From Adineta vaga (lineage: Eukaryota; Animalia; Rotifera): a DNA stretch of 64,000 nt. Positions within the stretch are counted from its first letter, which is position 1. Each line of letters begins with the position of its first letter. The translations under genes and the position numbers were made by a program. Positions 58,500-64,000 of the stretch are shown one piece after another. The notes beneath the pieces were generated by a model. It worked only from the letters and a program-made list of their open reading frames with translations. It was not told where the DNA came from and did not search any database. The stretch covers positions 930,001-994,000 of the forward strand of contig CP075494.1 of NCBI GenBank assembly GCA_021613535.1, in the 5' to 3' direction.

Positions 58500-61400
58500 C
58501 AGGGTTGCCAAACCTCCTGGTTTAGCCAGGAGTCTCCTGGTTTTTTTACTTTTCTCCTGGTAAAAAAATCTCCTGGTACCAGGAGCTGGTTTTCTAGATT
58601 TTCTCCTGGTTTCTCCTGGTTTCTGGATTCTCTTTTAATATCGACTTTTAGCGACATTCTGAATTGATAAAAATATACAAATGAAAGGAAGAAAAGAAAA
58701 AGAATGAGATTATCACTCTATTCTATTTGATAAATACAGCAACCAATAAGAAAACAAGTTAATACTGTTTTTACTTTTAGTTATCTAATAAAATAAAAAA
58801 ATCATTTCACTATTGTAAATAAGTTCTGCTAAAAAAACTTATGGTTGTAGATAAAAAAGAACATCTTCAATATTTATGGAAAAGTCTTCGTTGCAAGAAG
58901 ATGAAATCATTGAAATATCTAACTCAACAAAAGAAAATATCGACCCATTATCTGGATCTATTTCATTAAAAAATAATCCAAAATCTAAAGGTTTATCACC
59001 ATTAGCATCTTGTACAGCACCTAAACGATATCGATCAAAATTTAAAAAAGAATGGTTATCTGATCCAAAATATTCTTCCTTCTTAAAAGAATGCAAAAAT
59101 GATTCAACTAAAGCCTTATGTATTGCATGTAATAGTCAGTTTTCGATTCAGAATAGTGGAATAACCGATGTAAATAATCATATGGAAACAAAAAAACATC
59201 AAGAATGTCTTAAATCCGATGAATTACATAAAAGTAATCATCTCTTTATAATTTTAACAAAAATCTTTCTTTTATATGTTGTTTTTTTCTTCCTAGCAAA
59301 AACAATAGATTCAATCTTTAATTCAACTACTTCTGGACTTAATCGAACTTCTGCTACTGAAGGAGCTTTAGTGTTTCATGGTGTAAAACATTCTCATAGT
59401 TATCTTTCACAATCATGTACTACTAAATTAATAAAAAAATGTTTTTCAGATTCTACTTTAGCAAAAACTATCACATGTAGTAAAACAAAAGTAAATTTGA
59501 TTTGATTATCAATAGAAAATCTTTTTATTTAATGTTTAGGCTCGTGAAATTGCTTGTAATGTATTAGCACCAGCACTTACAAAATATTTAGTTGAAGAAC
59601 TTCATAATAATGCTTATTTTTCAATTTGTTATGATGCATCAAACAAGAAAAATGAAAAAATGTTGCCTATAGTAGCTCAATATTTCTCTGATTTTGGTGT
59701 GAAACACGGGATTGTTGAATTTATCGAACAACAACACGAAACAGCTGATGGATTATTTACTAATATTAAATATGTATTAGAATCTCATAAATTAGAATTA
59801 GAAAAACTTAGTTCACTTGGATCTGACAATACAAACGTAAATGTTGGTTGTAAGCATAGCGTATTTTCATTATTTAATGAATTAATACCTCTTTTAGTAC
59901 AAGGTAAGATAAAAATTATCATATATCAGATATTCATAATGTCTTCTGTATTTTTCACTTTAGGCAATTGTTATTGTCATATTCTTCATAATGCGGTTAA
60001 ACACGGACATGATCATTTATTGTTTGATATAGAAGCTGCTATTTTAAAAATTTATTCACACTTTTGTCGATCGTCAGTCCGTGCACAAGAATTAACAAAA
60101 TTCTTCGATTTTGTTGATCAAGAACAGAAGGTAGTCAAATATGTATGATATTAATAATATCATATTGCCTATTTCCTATAACTATGAGTTGTTTTCAGTT
60201 TTATCTAATCTCATTTTTGAATTCTTCTTTATAGGTTATACTTCAACACATTCGTACACGTTGGCTTAGTTTATTATTATCAATTGAACGATTGATTGCT
60301 ATTTATCCTGTACTAAAAAGTTACTTCTTAAATCTTAAGGATGAAACTTGTCCGAAAATCTTACTCGATTTTTTTACATCTCATAAAGGTAAACATTTTA
60401 TTGGTAATATAAATATATTTTCATCTTTGAGTTTTTGTATAGGTGAATGTACATTGTTTTTTCTGAAAAATGTTTTATCAGAACTACAAGAAGCAAATCT
60501 TTTATTGCAAAAACATTATATAACTGGTGTTAATTTATATAGTATAATCACAGATTTACTTTACAAGTTAAATAATCGTTTACGTGACAATTATTTTGGT
60601 TCAAAAGTAATTGATTTGATTGACAAAATTCATAATATAAATGAAGTTGATGAATTGAAAAAGTCCTTTCGATTATTTATTAATACAATTATTTTATATA
60701 TTGAAGATTATTTCAAAGATCGTGCTCCATTTTATGAATCAATTTCGATTTTTAATGAAATCGATATTGAAAAGCTTGAATGGAAAAACATAGAACGTTG
60801 TAGTTCTTATATTAATGATAAAAAGATCGATAAAGATCGTTTATATAACGATTTCAATCGTTTGAAATCTAAATTTATTCAGCTAAAGGACAAGTTTGGT
60901 GGTATCCATAAACAAGTTCAAGAATTTATTTCATCGAATATAAATTTATACAAACATGGTGGAATGTTGTCGAATGATGAATTTAAATCATGTGATGATA
61001 GCGAATGTGGATTACAATTAGAAAATGAATCTGATAGTGATAATGAAGATGTTCGATATCATAAAAATGTTGAAAGAAATGTACAAATGAGATGTGATTT
61101 TTTATGGGCTTATCTTTTATATGGTGAAGAAGTTCCTGAATTCAAAAAATTAGTTCAATTTGCTTTTTCTATACCAGCATCAAATGCTTTTTGTGAAACA
61201 ATATTTAGCCACATGAATTATTTATGGAATGATAATCGTAATAAAATGAAGCATGATCTTGTTAGTGCAGAATTGAAAATAAAAGTGAATACTCGATATA
61301 ATTGTTCAGAGTTTTATGATTACCTCCTTAATAATCAAGATCTATTAAAACAAATTCGATCATCTGAAAAATATACACATGTTGCCAAAATATATCGAAC

Positions 61401-61778
61401 AGTGTGATGTGGTACAAGATTATTATTTTTCGATATATCGCTATTTATTGTTAAACTTATAAATATTGGTTTATCTATTTCGTATATTTTGCTCTTGATT
61501 TTGAAATAAATGAAGAAATTGAACATATAATAACTTTTTCCCTGTCTTATATATGATATTATAAAGAAAATATGTCAGAACTAACCTATCAAAGGAAAAT
61601 TTTACTCTTTCGCAAAAAAAGGATCTCAATTTTTACCAAAAAAATCATCAAACGGCTCAAAGCTTCAATAAAAAATCTCCTGGTTGAACCTTCTGGTTTC
61701 AAACAATGATCTCCTGGTAAACTCCTGGTTTTTTTCTCGTGAACTACTGGTTTTCGAAATTTGGATTTGGCAACCCTG
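58500..61778 (+). mobile_element. Full-length hAT DNA transposon
   Basis: 13-bp TIRs CAGGGTTGCCAAA / TTTGGCAACCCTG; subterminal CTCCTGG repeats (6 left, 3 right); internal transposase. No matching 8-bp TSD. Confidence 0.92.
58876..61407 (+). CDS. hAT transposase, 6 exons
   Basis: Introns 59234-59296, 59491-59539, 59904-59963, 60131-60234, 60389-60442 give a continuous frame. BED-like C..C/H..H finger, YDASN, SDNTNVN, CYCH (CxxH), TRWLS, IPASNAFCE. Confidence 0.9.
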
Positions 61779-62229
61779 ATCGTGTCAAGTGTTCTGTCTC
61801 CATATACTATCCATTAGTTGCCGGCGAATATATAACTACCCAGAGGATCCCGATTAAAAAGCCAAATACTAAGTGACAGGAAGAAAACTCCCATAAAAAC
61901 CGATACGCCACCACAGATCAAGAAAATACGACCAAGGCGAGAAGTAGGCTGCTTCCAGCGAGCCTCCGTTGGTTGTCGTCCATCGTACCAACATGTTTCT
62001 TCGTTGTTGATCTAGGAAGTAAACAAATTGATGATATACTGATGATTACACTTACTGAAAAATCTTTCTTCATCCTTTTGTAGTATATACTACTGATGAG
62101 TAATATTCACGGTTCACAAACATAATTACTTCTGATGACATGAGTATACGAAAGTTAGAAATGACTTACACATTTCACTGGCCTTTTATATGTCTTATTT
62201 TAATCTCTGTTCTTAATGCTAATATTTAC

Positions 62230-62562
62230 CTTATGTGTAGCTGTTTGATTCAGCGCATCCGTTGGAGATTGATATCTTTTTTCACTTTCTACAGTAGTAT
62301 TCATTCGCGGTTTTATATCGAGTTGAGCTTCCCATGCGGCACTATAGCAGTTAAATGTGGTATAACGTGTTCGACATGTACGATTTCGATAACCAACATT
62401 GAACACAAAACAAGTGCTCTGCTTGTAATTTTTTTCTTTCGGATAAGCATCTCTATAGACAAATACACCAGCAATCAGCAGACCCAGAGCTATCCCTAGG
62501 AATGTACAACCGGTATAAAGTGACATGTGCGCCCTGAACTTTTCGCTGCTTTCCTGATCCAT
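62230..62562 (-). CDS. First exon of a membrane protein with a Cys-rich extracellular loop (KCNMB/TipE-like topology)
   Basis: TM segment followed by Y..STC.V.....C......C; GT donor after THK. Downstream exons not resolved. Confidence 0.4.
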
Positions 62563-63279
62563 ATCGAGTAAGATGTATAAAAAGGAAAAAGAATATCAAA
62601 CTTCGTTGTTTTGCGTTACAGAACTTTGCTTTATATACGTGTTATATTCAAACAGCCACGTGTAAAATAAAACGGTGAAATAATTGCAACACTATTGCAT
62701 GAAACGATGGAAAGCAAATAAAGAAAAAGTTTCGTCAGAAGAGAATCAGCATTATTTTTCGTTATAGAACGATCGTTCTTGATGTCAAGCAAATATTTTG
62801 TCCTTATCAAACATTTTTCGGAGTAATGCACGTCAATCGTTCGTCATGAATCACATACATATATTACTTTTGATCATACAAGAATACAAAAACACATGAT
62901 GCAACAACGATATTTCATTGCTTAGAAAAAAGAAGTAGCTGTTCGACAATGAACAATTTCAAATTGATTAGTAATTTTTTCATCCTGTAGTAAACGTACT
63001 GGATGATTTTTGAGTTTAAACAAGGATTGAAATGGATTTATATATGAAAATGAATCTTTTTTAGGCTCTGGTCATTAAGATAGGTGAATGTAAATATAAA
63101 GATGAACACATGTGAACAAGAAATGAGAATTTCATATACTCACTCACATTCGACAAGATTGCCACCGCTCGTCTCGTTCTTTTATCTGTATTCCATTGAC
63201 GATATTATGAAACAAACAAAATTTTGCTTTTATCTTTTTGTGGAAGTTATTATTGTTTGTATTATGAATATCTGTGAAG

Positions 63280-64000
63280 ATGTTATTTATCATAATACTC
63301 TTGCTAAGCTATCCATTGCTCAATCATGCAACTATAGTTCATTGTGATTTTGATGTCACCTTTAGTTTAACAAATGGTGATTCTCAAGAGACCGATTATG
63401 ATCAAACACTAATGACAAAGAGTGGTCATTATCGTTATTTTAATCGACAATTTAGTACACTCAATAGAAGGACACAAATAACAACAATCAGTCGTTTATA
63501 ACCATTGATTGATCGTGCTATATATTTTAGTGTATGGTACTATATGCCTCATGCAAATTTGCCATTCGATATTGAAGTTGGACAAGATGATAATGGAGAA
63601 CTCGTACGTACGATATTTTCTACTGCCAGTAGGAATATATCGACAAATGATTGGAGATTCATCAATGTTACATTATGAAATGAAGAATTAAAAATATATA
63701 TTCGATTGTATGTTACAACTCAATCTTTAACATTCGATGATTTTTCAGTGGATTATTTTTATGCATCACATACACCACCACCAAAAACGCTAAATTCTTG
63801 TGATTTCAAATTATCATCATCATCGTGTACAAATGATTTGGTTTCTTTATCTGAATATCTCTATCAATGGTCAATTCTGAACACTACGGATGGCGTCAAA
63901 GTTCAAACAGGTGCTCCACCTATGGATTATACATTTCGAAATGCCTCAGGTCATTATGCATTATTACCCGGTCCTAAAAATGGTTATATTGGTTATCTTC
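63280..64000 (+). pseudogene. Secreted MAM-domain protein with an in-frame stop; runs off the window
   Basis: Signal peptide MLFIIILLLSYPLLNHA; CDF motifs, FSVWYYM, P..DYT....GHY. TAA at 63499-63501 followed by an open frame. Confidence 0.65.

Noticed and set aside
1-64000. Prokaryotic or contaminant origin of the whole window
   Set aside because: Numerous phase-consistent GT-AG introns, metazoan domain architectures and eukaryotic transposons flank the bacterial-type genes.

Overview
AT-rich eukaryotic DNA with short (about 50-130 nt) GT-AG introns. The gene content strongly suggests a bdelloid rotifer (inference): NHL and Kelch propellers, an LDLa-EGF-7TM receptor, an astacin-NHL fusion, a SecA-like/vWA giant protein, bacterial-type genes, and (TGTGGG)n repeats matching the known Adineta vaga telomere unit. 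The most striking structure is a family of about 20 short interstitial telomeric fold-back units, (GGGTGT)n - purine/pyrimidine-biased spacer - (ACACCC)n, often carrying a CATCTTGAGGG/CCCTCAAGATG junction motif, spread over 3.7-51.1 kb. Several sit exactly where genes or repeats are cut off (Helitron-like Rep, SecA-vWA gene, Kelch gene, a perfect palindrome). Others sit inside introns of otherwise continuous genes. Other highlights: (1) a bacterial wbpO/wbpP (tviB/tviC)-like pair kept in operon order with eukaryotic processing signals in its 61-bp gap; (2) an apparently intronless ABC-ATPase+TOPRIM (OLD/PARIS-like) nuclease gene; (3) three paralogous secreted alpha-helical proteins reminiscent of multi-component pore-forming toxins; (4) an eS30 gene lacking the animal FUBI leader; (5) an intact 5-intron hAT transposon; (6) a MITE that splits a >1500-codon ORF. 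No database searches were run; all family calls come from motif recognition.
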